A stretch of 58,189 nucleotides of DNA from an uncultured Pseudomonadota bacterium. Lineage in GTDB: Bacteria; Pseudomonadota; Gammaproteobacteria; Methylococcales; Methylomonadaceae. The stretch spans positions 1 through 58,189 of the forward strand of contig CAINHP010000018.1 in NCBI GenBank assembly GCA_903848905.1, given 5' to 3'. Shown here piece after piece: positions 25,576 to 35,945 of this stretch. How positions within the stretch are numbered: the stretch's first letter is position 1; every line of letters begins with the position of its first letter. Under the pieces are notes generated by a model. That model did no database searches. It worked only from the letters and a program-made list of their open reading frames with translations, and was not told the origin of the DNA. The position numbers and the translations under genes were made by a program.

Positions 25576-28500
25576 GATAAGCCTCTTTAGAATTAAATTG
25601 TTGGTGTAGCCATGGAAACTGCGTCAACTGCCCCCATGTTTTTTGCATTAAGCCTTCGTTTTCATGTAGTGCAATCACTTGCGTATTTCCCCATGACCCT
25701 GTAATTTGATATTGTGATCCAAAGAAAAAACCTTCTTGATCTTTACCAGTTAGAGTTTGCCCGACTAAATTCATAATTTTTCCTATAATTGTACCAGCAA
25801 TAGGAACCGCGTCAGCACTTTTAGGTGTCACATTCACTAAATAGTTCACATTTTCAGCCACAAAATCCGTATCACCTTTTAAGAGAATTTTCGCTGGAAT
25901 AGCATCCACTATAAGATTTTGCGTACTTGCTTTACCTTGCAGAAAGTCAAAATGTCCACTAATCGTATTAAACATTAACCCTTCTTGATACAGATCACTA
26001 AAATCTAAACTTAATCTTTTTAACCACTGTTCAAGCGCCAACATACCCAGTATTCGCCCAAAACCCGGTTCAATACTTAAAATCCGTCCATTTTTTAAAT
26101 TTAGTTCCGCTTGTCCGTGCATTTTTTCTAAACTAAATTGCTGCGGTGACCCTTGCCAATCTAAATTAATATCGATATCACCTGTCGTTTCAGAAATATC
26201 TTTAGTAATGCCTAAATGTGAAAATAATTGCCCCGCTTTGAGTAAAGTCAATTTACCCCGCAAATCTGTTTGCAAAATTGGTGCGTTAAACCAATCACCC
26301 GTCAACTTCAAATTATGCGTTGGTGCTTGTAAAGAAATTGTTTTAAAGCCGATACTACTCGCTCGAACCTCTGTTTCAATCATTAGCTTTCCTAATTCAC
26401 AATCCTGCCAATAAGTCCGCTGACTCTCCAAAAATAACGTAGGCAAATTCATAAAATTTGTTGTAAGCGATACAGACTCAGGTGAACCAGTCGTTTCTGT
26501 TGATTGTAATTGTTTAAAGAAAGCTAAATCAAATATATCAAGCTTCAACCTTAAAACACCTGTTTGCGTCATTTTCTCAGGCATGGCCCACTGCAACTGC
26601 CCTTTGGCAAACGTACTATCTAAAACACCGCGCCACGATGTTGAATCATGTTTTAAAACTAAATCAAATTTCCCCAATGAAGCCTTCTTCCAAAATGCAT
26701 TGTCACTTTGCATAGCGAATGTATGAATAGTGGCCACCGTATTTTCTACTTTTTCTGTCGAATTAGGTATTTGTAATACCGCAAGTTTAAGCCAATCTTG
26801 AAGCATCAAGTGATCGCGCACAATTTTAACAGTAATTCCTTCATTTTGGGGCAATTCAACCTTCCCCTCACCAAGCAGTACTTCGCCACGTTGAAATCGC
26901 TTATTCTTAGTATCAACCATTAAAGCCGCTTTCAATTGCGCGTTATAATTCACCATCAATGGCAACATTAAATCATCACCTAATGTAAACGTCATGCTTA
27001 ACGGCGTTTTTTGTGATTTATCTTTAGATAGTTCATCAGGCAGATTTAAAACGATGCCTTCTAATTGAGATTCAAGCAGTAATGTCACCGGCTTTTGCTC
27101 TTTAGGTAAATTCAATGTTAATTGATAATCACCCACCCCTTCAATCCATGGTTTTTGTTGAGATGTCGTCACTAACGAAGATAATTTTAATTGTGCAAAC
27201 AAATCCTCAATCGCTACATTACCTAAAACAGTAATGACGGTTTGTTTATTATAATTTTCTAATGTTATTTTAATCGGTTTTTTAAATGCTACCCCATTAA
27301 TAACATCACTAAAAACGCCATCTTCAGTAAACTTCAACACACCATTAAGAGAGTTGATAGGTAAATCTATTGACTTCACCTTTAATTTAGCTTGATGGAA
27401 TTGTGCCGAGCCTTTCACTTTTGACAAAAAACCATCTTCTAACGGTATTTGCAAATCCAAACCTACTTGCGTACTACCTTGGGGCGTCACGGCATTTAAA
27501 ATGCTATCAAAAGAGGCATGCAATGGTGTATTTCTCATGAAATCAAGTATATCCATCACTGCACCATCAAGTTCTCCAATAATCGATACATAATGACTCG
27601 TGGACATCGAAGGGATAATCACTTCGGCAGACTTAATAGTGGCGTTTTGTGCCATTCCCTCTAAATTGACTTGTAAACTATCTTGGAAAAAACGTACGTT
27701 AGCATTTAGATTCGTTAATGAAGGCCAGTTGGGTGCATAAAAAAGCTGCGTATCTTTTGCATCAAAAAGAACTTCGAAAACACCTTGATTTTTATCAAAT
27801 GGAAACTCTGCAGGATTGCCATAAAGTAAAAATTGTCCATTCTTCAACTGCCCTTTTTCAAATGCACGATCAAGCCACGCAACCGTATATTTTCCCATCA
27901 CACTAACTGGTAAATAGCGAAACGCTTGTGTTGCATCGTCCGCTGAAAAACGTGTTTGTAAATCTATAAAACTGGAGCCATTTTTGGACAAAGTGTATTT
28001 CACCCGACTTTCACTTTGGATATCTTTATTATTTAACACAATTTGGTCACTGGAAATAATCCATGCATCCGGCACTTGCTGCCAGTTGAACACTGTATTT
28101 AACTGTAAGGTTGGAAAAGCGTCTCGAAATAATGAAGGAATAAACGCTTCTACCTTATTTGCATTTAACGCTATATTCCCAATTTGTTCATTGCCGTGTA
28201 CAACACCACCAATATGCTCAATGTGTAATTTAGAGGCAACATCATAAAAACTCAAATCATCAAATTCGCTGTGAATGGCGAATTTTTGCAGAGCTGGTTG
28301 AGCAAATAAACGGATATTTTTCACAGTACCGCTTAATTTAGCTTGCTCAAAAGAAGAAATAGCTTTATCTGGTGCAAAAAAATGCGCGAACGAACTAAGA
28401 GGAGCAAGCTCTAATTGCGCCAAATCAAGCGCAATGCTGTTTTGTTTCGTATCATTTTCATTAATTGCAACGGAAATAGCGCCATTAGCACTGGTTTCTG

Positions 28501-29422
28501 GAAGCGTTAATTGCACAGTAGGGAGTGTCACACGCCACATTTGATTTTCATGTTGTAGCTGAAAAGCACTGCTTAACCTATTTATGTTCAAATTTGCATG
28601 TTGTGGACGTGTCAATACCATTTGAGATGCACTAACTCGACCGTGAACATTACTAATTTGACCTTGTTTCCATGTTGCAAAAACCTGAAGATTTGCCTGA
28701 CCTTTTGAGATATTGAGCGAAAGTGGCAGAGGTAGTGCAGAAAAATCAACCAAATTTATTTTTTTGGACTCAATGAAAATGGAACCGTCTAATTGGTTAG
28801 GATCAAATACGCTACCTGTAAACCTCATCGACACACGCAATGGCGCCGACTGTTGCGACAATTGAGCAAGAACGTTAACGCGATGTTCATCACCATCGTT
28901 CATGATAGCTATATTGACAGGTGAAATCTGGCGCGGTTCTGCATGTGTTTTTTCGTCACGCCAAATGACCGAACTTTGCAGAATTTGATATTTTCTCCCT
29001 TGAAGTAACCAAAGCGGCTCACCTTCGCTCGCTTTTAAGCCTTCAATGCCAATAGTGTCATCTGTATGTCGAATAATGGTAATTTTCGCACCGACTAGCA
29101 TGACGGATGTGGCTGCCAGCAAATCTCGCTGTTTAATCAATTCCCAGGCATCTATACCTAAACGAATTTCTTTAAGTTGAATTTTTTCAGCGGCAATATT
29201 AAGTTGTAGAAGTCTTATTTCGGGCGTTAATCCGCGCAATTTAGCACGTAATTGCCCAATTTTGACCGGCGCATCAATAGCTTGACTCAATTGCGTTTCT
29301 AAATCGATTTTATAATTTTCTATACTCGCAAATAAAAAATGCACACCAATAAGTCCACCCGCTAAAGTAAGCAGTGTCCAGAACATCACATGTCGAGCAA
29401 ATCGCGTTAAATGGTGTTTCAT
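25568..29422 (-). CDS. yhdP: YhdP-family AsmA-like envelope protein (putative phospholipid transport bridge)
   Basis: 1284 aa. Single N-terminal TM helix, long beta-rich body, C-terminal YQITGSWGNTQV-type motif. The linkage to a C-N hydrolase gene is conserved. Confidence 0.8.
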   Translation of the reverse strand: MKHHLTRFARHVMFWTLLTLAGGLIGVHFLFASIENYKIDLETQLSQAIDAPVKIGQLRAKLRGLTPEIRLLQLNIAAEKIQLKEIRLGIDAWELIKQRDLLAATSVMLVGAKITIIRHTDDTIGIEGLKASEGEPLWLLQGRKYQILQSSVIWRDEKTHAEPRQISPVNIAIMNDGDEHRVNVLAQLSQQSAPLRVSMRFTGSVFDPNQLDGSIFIESKKINLVDFSALPLPLSLNISKGQANLQVFATWKQGQISNVHGRVSASQMVLTRPQHANLNINRLSSAFQLQHENQMWRVTLPTVQLTLPETSANGAISVAINENDTKQNSIALDLAQLELAPLSSFAHFFAPDKAISSFEQAKLSGTVKNIRLFAQPALQKFAIHSEFDDLSFYDVASKLHIEHIGGVVHGNEQIGNIALNANKVEAFIPSLFRDAFPTLQLNTVFNWQQVPDAWIISSDQIVLNNKDIQSESRVKYTLSKNGSSFIDLQTRFSADDATQAFRYLPVSVMGKYTVAWLDRAFEKGQLKNGQFLLYGNPAEFPFDKNQGVFEVLFDAKDTQLFYAPNWPSLTNLNANVRFFQDSLQVNLEGMAQNATIKSAEVIIPSMSTSHYVSIIGELDGAVMDILDFMRNTPLHASFDSILNAVTPQGSTQVGLDLQIPLEDGFLSKVKGSAQFHQAKLKVKSIDLPINSLNGVLKFTEDGVFSDVINGVAFKKPIKITLENYNKQTVITVLGNVAIEDLFAQLKLSSLVTTSQQKPWIEGVGDYQLTLNLPKEQKPVTLLLESQLEGIVLNLPDELSKDKSQKTPLSMTFTLGDDLMLPLMVNYNAQLKAALMVDTKNKRFQRGEVLLGEGKVELPQNEGITVKIVRDHLMLQDWLKLAVLQIPNSTEKVENTVATIHTFAMQSDNAFWKKASLGKFDLVLKHDSTSWRGVLDSTFAKGQLQWAMPEKMTQTGVLRLKLDIFDLAFFKQLQSTETTGSPESVSLTTNFMNLPTLFLESQRTYWQDCELGKLMIETEVRASSIGFKTISLQAPTHNLKLTGDWFNAPILQTDLRGKLTLLKAGQLFSHLGITKDISETTGDIDINLDWQGSPQQFSLEKMHGQAELNLKNGRILSIEPGFGRILGMLALEQWLKRLSLDFSDLYQEGLMFNTISGHFDFLQGKASTQNLIVDAIPAKILLKGDTDFVAENVNYLVNVTPKSADAVPIAGTIIGKIMNLVGQTLTGKDQEGFFFGSQYQITGSWGNTQVIALHENEGLMQKTWGQLTQFPWLHQQFNSKEAYHE

Positions 29423-29530
29423 GCGTTAATTTAAGTAAAAATCGTTAATATTATCAGGCGTATTTCACGCATTAATCACGATTTACTGGTCCGTCCTACA
29501 TTTTTGAGTAGATGAAAATGAATATAATAC

Positions 29531-29569
29531 ATAATAAATAAGCCACAAAATGATGCGCTATTCTGTGGC
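29531..29569 (-). terminator. Rho-independent terminator after hrpA
   Basis: The minus strand reads gccacagaat-agcgcatc-attttgtggc (10 bp with one G-U pair) followed by ttatttatt. Confidence 0.5.
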
Positions 29570-29618
29570 GATAATCAACGCGCCTAAAACAATACAAAAC
29601 AATAAGTAACTTGTTTTA

Positions 29619-32600
29619 TCAACTCCCCCACGATTTATCAAGGCGTTGAGCCGATACGGGAATAGCTGTTTTTAGTTGTTGCGCAAAAAGTGACACCGCA
29701 AATTCTTCAAGCATCCATCGAAAAGATTCTTGCTCAGGCGTCACAATTTCTTTTTTACTGCGCTCAGCGACGAATTTCCAATAACGAATTTGAAATTTCG
29801 CCAATTCATTGGCTTTTTGTAGCGTATTATCACGTTTATCTAAACGGTATTGCATCGCCTTTAAATAACGCGGTAAATGTTTAAATTGCGAAAAAGAAAT
29901 AGTACGAATAAATCCAGCATAAATTAAAAAATTCAGCTGTTCACTAATACTCTTTGTTAAGGGATCATTTGAATTCATTTTCTGTAAATCTGCATTTAAA
30001 TCACCATAAAGTTTCATAATTTCAAGCGCAATGGTACTTATTTCATTCGCACGCGTCACTAATTGACTTCGGTTTTCATTTAAACTCTGCTCAAATGCAC
30101 TTTGTGTACGAATGATTTTACCTTCCACAAAGATGCTATTTAGCAATAATGTTAAGATATCGTTTTTATAATCAGCCATCTGATCAGATTTTAATATCGA
30201 ATGGGCTGGTAGACGATTATAAACTAATTCTAGCCCTGCATTTTTGGGCATATTTTTAATCGCATAGGTGCATTCTTTGCGCTGATATAATTGAAATAAA
30301 CGAATTAACCCTGCAATATGCTGCAACTGGGCTTTGCGCTGTGTATCAAAAATTTTCACTCCTACACTATCACTCTCATCAACCAGGGAAGGATAGCCAA
30401 TAAATGCCTGCCCTTTTTGCATAAAACTGTATTGCTCAGGCAAATCATCAAATGCCCATTGAATATAACCCGTGTAATTGAGCTCATCCGCCGCAATTTG
30501 ATTAAAACTCTCACCTGCTTGCGTTACGTGCTTTGCCTGTAATTTTTTTAAATCTCGGCCATAATCAAGCAACTGCCCTTCTTCATCAATGATACGAAAA
30601 TTCATTTTTAAATGTTCAACCAAACCATCAAAGCTCCACGCATTAAGCGGAATCGCTTCACCAGTTAATTTGCGCAATCGATTTCCAAGCCATTCTTCTA
30701 CGGCGCCTTTAAAATCAGGTTCAATTTCAAGGCAACGCTTAACAGTTTCGGGTACAGGCACAAAATGCTTGCGAATATTTTTAGGCAAGGCTTTCACAAG
30801 CGCAATACATTTTTCCTCAAGCATCCCCGGCACCAGCCAATCAAAAGGCGTTTGCGTCATCTGATTGAGTTGATGTACTGGAATAATCGCACTCACACCA
30901 TCTTCATCATGCCCTGGCTCAAAACGGTATTGCAACGCGATGGTGAGTTTTCCGACTTTTTTGTGATCGGGAAAATCCCATTCATTCACAAAATCCTCAC
31001 CCTTTTCGCGCGTTAAATCTTCTTTTGTTAAAAATAAAAATGCTTTATTGTCACGTTCGATCTTTTTACGCCATGTATCAAGTGTGACACCACTAATGAT
31101 CTCAGCAGGTAATTTATGATCATAAAAGGCATACAGCCATTGCTCATCTTCGACTAAATCCACGCGACGACCTTTGTGTTGAATCATGCCCACTTCTTCA
31201 AGCAACTTCTGATTCGCCACATAAAAGGGCGCATTACTGTGGTAATCGTGATCAACTAATGCACTTCGAATAAAAATCTCTCGCGCCGATTTCGCGTCAA
31301 CGTGGTCATAAGGTAATTTTCGACCCGTTTGCAAAGTCAAACCATGCAACAATGTGCGTGAATAGACCATGGCGCGCGCACTTTTCTTTTCCCAATGGGG
31401 ATCATAATAATTATGTTTAACTAAATGCGCTGCGCAATCTTCAATCCACTCAGGCTCAACTCGCGCTACAGTTCGTGCGTAGACCTTGCTGGTTTCAACT
31501 TGCTCCGCAGCAACTATCCATTTAGGGCGTAATTTATGCAGTCCCGACCCAGGGAAAATAAAAAACTTAAGGCTACGGCCGCCCAGATATTCATATTGTT
31601 CATGGCGAAAGCCAATATTGGATAATAAACCGGTTAATAATGCTCGATGAATTTGATCATAACTCGCGTCATTTTCATTTGGGTGCATTTTCAAGTCACC
31701 TTTTATAACTTGCAAAATTTGCGTGTGATTATCGTGCCATTCGCGCATACGCATATACGATAAAAAATTATCCGTGCAATATTTACGCAACTTATTATTT
31801 GATAATTTTCTCTTCTGCTCTTCAAACACATTCCACAAATTAAGCAACGATAAAAAATCCGATTCTGGATGTTTAAAAACCGCCTGTTTCGCTTCGGCTT
31901 GCTGCATTTTATCCGCTGGTTTTTCACGTGGATCTTGAATACTCAGCGCGGCAACAATGACGCTTACTTCTTTTAGGCAAACTTGCTCTTGCGCCGCGAT
32001 GAGCATTCGCGCTAATTTGGGATCAGTTGGAAATTTAGCGAGTTGTTTACCGATTTCTGTTAATTTTCCAGCTTTATCGAGCGCATTGACTTCAAGTAAC
32101 GACGATTTACCATCACGAATCATTTTATCGTCAGGTGGTTCGATAAAAGGAAAATCGGCAATATCACCCAAATTTAAGGCGGTCATCTGTAAAATAACGG
32201 CGGATAAATTTGTCCGCATGATTTCAGGTTCAGTAAATGGCGGACGTGCTTCGTAATCTTCGCGTGAATACAGTCGAATACAAATCCCTTCGGCAACTCG
32301 CCCACAACGCCCAGCGCGTTGATTTGCACTGGACTGGGAAATTCGCTCAATAGGTAATCGTTGAATTTTACTGCGTGGACTATAGCGACTAATTCGTGCA
32401 TGCCCCGTATCAATCACACCACGAATATTAGGCACCGTTAATGACGTTTCCGCGACGTTTGTTGATAATACAATGCGAATTTTGCCGCCTTTCGGTTTAA
32501 AAACACGCTCTTGCTCGCTCACACTGAGTTTTGAATACAGTGGTAAAATTTCATATTGATTAGGATGATGTTTTTTAAGTGATTCGGTGGTTTCGCGAAT

Positions 32601-33503
32601 TTCATTCTCACCACTCAAAAAAATCAAAATATCGCCTCTCAAATCACGAGAAAGCTCATCCACGGCGTCTAAAATAGCATGTTGCAAATCATCCGTCGTT
32701 TCGTCTTCCTCATCCTCTTTCGCTTCGATAGGACGATATCGCATTTCAACAGGATACGTTCGACCTGAAACTTCAATAATGGGTGCATGGTTAAAATGTG
32801 CTGAAAAACGCTTCGTATCAATGGTTGCTGATGTCACAATCAACTTTAAATCGGGGCGTTTAGGCAATAACCATTTCATGTACCCCAGTAGAAAATCGAT
32901 ATTTAAACTACGTTCGTGCGCTTCATCAATAATAATGGTGTCATACTGACTTAGAAACGGATCATTTTGTGATTCTGCCAGCAAAATACCGTCTGTCATT
33001 AATTTAATTAATGAATCCGCATGCGTTTTATCATTAAAACGAATTTTATAACCGACGGATTTCCCAATTGACTCACCAAGTTCTTCAGCAATACGATCTG
33101 CGACAGTACGTGCCGCAATTCGACGAGGCTGTGTGTGGCCAATAAATCCTGCGGCGCCACGCCCTATTTCTAAACAAATTTTAGGTAACTGCGTTGTTTT
33201 TCCTGAACCCGTTTCACCACACATAATCACGACTTGATTGTTTTTTATCAACTGAGCAATATCATCCTTTTTACCTGTAACAGGTAAATCAGGAAAATTT
33301 AATGCAGGGAAACTTGCACGACGTTTTTCATATTGCACAGATGATGTGTCGATGCGACGACGCAGCGTATCAAAAGCAGAAAGTTCAGCTTTTTTATTAC
33401 GACGCAATGCATCAAGTTGCCGCTTTAAACCATGACGGTCTTTTGCTAAACAGAATGAAAGTTGTTTTGAGAGCTGAGTAATTAAATCAGAGGTTAACAT
33501 CAA
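29619..33503 (-). CDS. hrpA: ATP-dependent RNA helicase HrpA (DEAH-box)
   Basis: 1294 aa. GETGSGKTTQ, DEAHERS, SATID, TNVAETSLT and QRAGRCGR motifs, plus the long HrpA C-terminal extension. Confidence 0.96.
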   Translation of the reverse strand: MMLTSDLITQLSKQLSFCLAKDRHGLKRQLDALRRNKKAELSAFDTLRRRIDTSSVQYEKRRASFPALNFPDLPVTGKKDDIAQLIKNNQVVIMCGETGSGKTTQLPKICLEIGRGAAGFIGHTQPRRIAARTVADRIAEELGESIGKSVGYKIRFNDKTHADSLIKLMTDGILLAESQNDPFLSQYDTIIIDEAHERSLNIDFLLGYMKWLLPKRPDLKLIVTSATIDTKRFSAHFNHAPIIEVSGRTYPVEMRYRPIEAKEDEEDETTDDLQHAILDAVDELSRDLRGDILIFLSGENEIRETTESLKKHHPNQYEILPLYSKLSVSEQERVFKPKGGKIRIVLSTNVAETSLTVPNIRGVIDTGHARISRYSPRSKIQRLPIERISQSSANQRAGRCGRVAEGICIRLYSREDYEARPPFTEPEIMRTNLSAVILQMTALNLGDIADFPFIEPPDDKMIRDGKSSLLEVNALDKAGKLTEIGKQLAKFPTDPKLARMLIAAQEQVCLKEVSVIVAALSIQDPREKPADKMQQAEAKQAVFKHPESDFLSLLNLWNVFEEQKRKLSNNKLRKYCTDNFLSYMRMREWHDNHTQILQVIKGDLKMHPNENDASYDQIHRALLTGLLSNIGFRHEQYEYLGGRSLKFFIFPGSGLHKLRPKWIVAAEQVETSKVYARTVARVEPEWIEDCAAHLVKHNYYDPHWEKKSARAMVYSRTLLHGLTLQTGRKLPYDHVDAKSAREIFIRSALVDHDYHSNAPFYVANQKLLEEVGMIQHKGRRVDLVEDEQWLYAFYDHKLPAEIISGVTLDTWRKKIERDNKAFLFLTKEDLTREKGEDFVNEWDFPDHKKVGKLTIALQYRFEPGHDEDGVSAIIPVHQLNQMTQTPFDWLVPGMLEEKCIALVKALPKNIRKHFVPVPETVKRCLEIEPDFKGAVEEWLGNRLRKLTGEAIPLNAWSFDGLVEHLKMNFRIIDEEGQLLDYGRDLKKLQAKHVTQAGESFNQIAADELNYTGYIQWAFDDLPEQYSFMQKGQAFIGYPSLVDESDSVGVKIFDTQRKAQLQHIAGLIRLFQLYQRKECTYAIKNMPKNAGLELVYNRLPAHSILKSDQMADYKNDILTLLLNSIFVEGKIIRTQSAFEQSLNENRSQLVTRANEISTIALEIMKLYGDLNADLQKMNSNDPLTKSISEQLNFLIYAGFIRTISFSQFKHLPRYLKAMQYRLDKRDNTLQKANELAKFQIRYWKFVAERSKKEIVTPEQESFRWMLEEFAVSLFAQQLKTAIPVSAQRLDKSWGS

Positions 33504-33579
33504 AAATGCCGCACAAATAAAACCAATTATACGTTATCCTTCCTGTAATTTGTGCTGTCTCACGATTTAAACATCACTT

Positions 33580-34377
33580 TCAATCAGGGGCCTTATCGAG
33601 AATTTCAACACTAACTGACATATTTAACGCTAATACGGCAGGGCCAAATTGATTAAAAATAGCGACATCCGTGGCATCACGCCCATACGCTACGCGAACA
33701 CGCCCGCCTTTGGGTTGCTTTTGCGTAGGATCAAATGTGTACCACTGACCACCGACATACGCTTCAAACCATGCATGAAAATCCATCGGTTCAAGTCCGT
33801 GCAGATATCCCACCACCATCCGCGCCGGAATACAAAGTCCACGACAAAGTGCAATACCTAGGTGTGCAAGTTCTCGACAAACTCCTTCGCGTTGCTGATT
33901 CACTTCAACTGCAGATAGTTGAAAATGCGTCGAGTTTGAATTAAAGCGAATGTTTTTCTGTATCCACAATACAATTTCACTGACCTGATCGTAACCCGGT
34001 TTTGCGTCACCCACAATTTCTCGCGCCAAATCAACAAAACGATCAGATTCGCAGTAGCGTGTAGGCAGTAAATACGTTAATACATTGTCGGGCAAATACT
34101 CAATATTTTCAAACGGTGCGCCAGCACATACGTCAATATCCTCTGCCGTTAGAATATCCGATGAAGTATGAATTGAAAAATCACCTGAAGGTGCAATTAA
34201 ACGCTGACAAAGATTCCCGTAGTTATCGGTAAACTCAACCACTGGCACACTAGGTTTGACTGTATAAGATTCACGAGAAACCCACTGCTCAACGCCACTA
34301 CGCGGACGAAGCATGAGTATAAAAGGCGTTTCAATACTGAGTTCAAAAGTCATAATACAGCCGGTTCTAAGCCACAT
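33580..34377 (-). CDS. Transglutaminase-like cysteine protease-fold protein
   Basis: 265 aa. Core motifs [11 protein letters not shown] (Cys), DFHAWFE (His) and TFDPT (Asp). AGGA lies 8 nt upstream of the ATG at 34377. Confidence 0.8.
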   Translation of the reverse strand: MWLRTGCIMTFELSIETPFILMLRPRSGVEQWVSRESYTVKPSVPVVEFTDNYGNLCQRLIAPSGDFSIHTSSDILTAEDIDVCAGAPFENIEYLPDNVLTYLLPTRYCESDRFVDLAREIVGDAKPGYDQVSEIVLWIQKNIRFNSNSTHFQLSAVEVNQQREGVCRELAHLGIALCRGLCIPARMVVGYLHGLEPMDFHAWFEAYVGGQWYTFDPTQKQPKGGRVRVAYGRDATDVAIFNQFGPAVLALNMSVSVEILDKAPD

Positions 34378-34439
34378 TGCATTTTTCCTTTTGTTTGCGG
34401 AGTGATTACTATCACATGGGATTTAATAAAATCCCGTTT

Positions 34440-35210
34440 TTATTTTTCCATAAGTGTTATTAGAAGATTTGCAAGTGTTTCAAAATCTTCAGCTCCACGA
34501 CTTTTTGGGGCATAATCACGCACCGGTTTCGCACTTCCAAAGGCTTCTGCTAATTTAATATCACTACGAATACCCCCCAAAACGCGCAAGGTACCAAATT
34601 GACGTGTCATTTGTGAATTGATATCTCGATGTTGACGCACATTACCCGCCACCATCATGGGTAAAAAACCCAAAATTTTAAGCGTCGGATTTTGCTCTGA
34701 TATGATTTTAAATAAAACACGTACTAATTGACGTACCCCCTCAAATGAAAGAGGATGAGGAACATACGGAACGAGCACCCAAGTCCCCGCACATAGGGCA
34801 TTTAAAAGAAGATTATCTAATGAAGGTGGTGTATCAACAATCACTAAGTCAAATTTTTCAGACACCGCGTCTTGGCTCAGCGCCCTTAAAAGTAATTGTT
34901 GATCATGACCACATCTGTCATGCTGAAAAGTCGTATTCGCGGGTAATAATGAAACATTTTCAACAGACGTTTGACGCACACAATCCAAAATAGACCAATT
35001 TGATTCGGTAAACATATCGTGAACAGTCAACTCACCTACATTCACTTTCACCCCCAAACCAACCGCGCAATGCCCTTGCGAATCTAAATCGATAAGCAAC
35101 ACTCGCTGACCAGTAGCGGCAAACTCAGAAGCAAGATTCACCGATACAGTGGTTTTCCCTGCACCACCTTTTCGATTACTAATGACCAAAACGCGAACAC
35201 GCTCTCTCAT
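34440..35210 (-). CDS. Orphan ParA/MinD-family ATPase
   Basis: 256 aa. Deviant Walker A SNRKGGAGKTT with the signature Lys, and the DTPP Walker B region. It is a distinct paralogue of the chromosomal parA at 19.4-20.2 kb. Confidence 0.85.
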   Translation of the reverse strand: MRERVRVLVISNRKGGAGKTTVSVNLASEFAATGQRVLLIDLDSQGHCAVGLGVKVNVGELTVHDMFTESNWSILDCVRQTSVENVSLLPANTTFQHDRCGHDQQLLLRALSQDAVSEKFDLVIVDTPPSLDNLLLNALCAGTWVLVPYVPHPLSFEGVRQLVRVLFKIISEQNPTLKILGFLPMMVAGNVRQHRDINSQMTRQFGTLRVLGGIRSDIKLAEAFGSAKPVRDYAPKSRGAEDFETLANLLITLMEK

Positions 35211-35578
35211 AAATTCAATGTTTCTTGAATCACATCTTGTAGTTGCTGGTGTGTAAAGGGTTTTTGCAAAATACCTTTCACGCCTAACATTTCAGCTGAA
35301 TCTAAATTAAAACCGGCTGTAATTGCCCGTCTACCGCCTGAAATAGCAATAATGGGTAATTCAGGATTCGCATTAAGTAATTCCATAATCACCTCAATTC
35401 CATCTTTATTTGGCATTATGATATCGGTAATAATTAAATCTGGTTTAAATTGATAAAAGCTTCGCACACCCTCTTCACCATCTTGTGCCATGAAAACTTG
35501 ATGACCATCACGTGTTAGCATCTTTTTTAATAAATCACGCAATTGCTCTTCATCGTCAATTACTAATATTTTCGCCAT
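35207..35578 (-). CDS. Single-domain response regulator (CheY-like receiver)
   Basis: 123 aa. Acidic pocket VIDDEE, phospho-acceptor ITD (D52), ISGG (S82) and QKPF (K105). Shares an ATGA overlap with the downstream ParA-like gene. Confidence 0.88.
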   Translation of the reverse strand: MAKILVIDDEEQLRDLLKKMLTRDGHQVFMAQDGEEGVRSFYQFKPDLIITDIIMPNKDGIEVIMELLNANPELPIIAISGGRRAITAGFNLDSAEMLGVKGILQKPFTHQQLQDVIQETLNL

Positions 35579-35936
35579 AAATAAAGCCTTTCAGAAAAAA
35601 TAAAAATTACCACATTCTCACATAATGCCACAAATTAGAAAAGCTCAAATTTAGGTGGGGAATATTCAGCACTGAGCATTGGTGACTGGATCTATGCGAG
35701 CGCTGTTATCTTTAGCAACACTTTAAGCGTTCGATGTGTTTTCAGCGAGAGTCATAGTAATTGCCTTTTAAAAGTTTTAAATTTATGAGAGATCGGTTTT
35801 TTAGTTGGAGATGACTAAACTTCTCCCGTCGGCCACATTAAAATAGATTTCAATATTTTTATTACAGTTTTTAAGGCTACCTATCCATTCATTTTGCTTT
35901 CGCTGGCAAATCACGGTAAACGTATTGCTTAGAATT

Positions 35937-35945
35937 TGCTATAAT
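35937..35945 (+). promoter_or_regulatory. Candidate extended -10 promoter element for gyrA
   Basis: TGCTATAAT (TGnTATAAT) lies about 105 nt upstream of the gyrA ATG. No good -35 sits at the correct spacing. Confidence 0.35.

Noticed and set aside
35690-35745. A GTTCGAT segment that looked like a tRNA T-loop in the gyrA upstream spacer.
   Set aside because: The flanking bases do not form a T-stem, and no acceptor or anticodon arms can be drawn.
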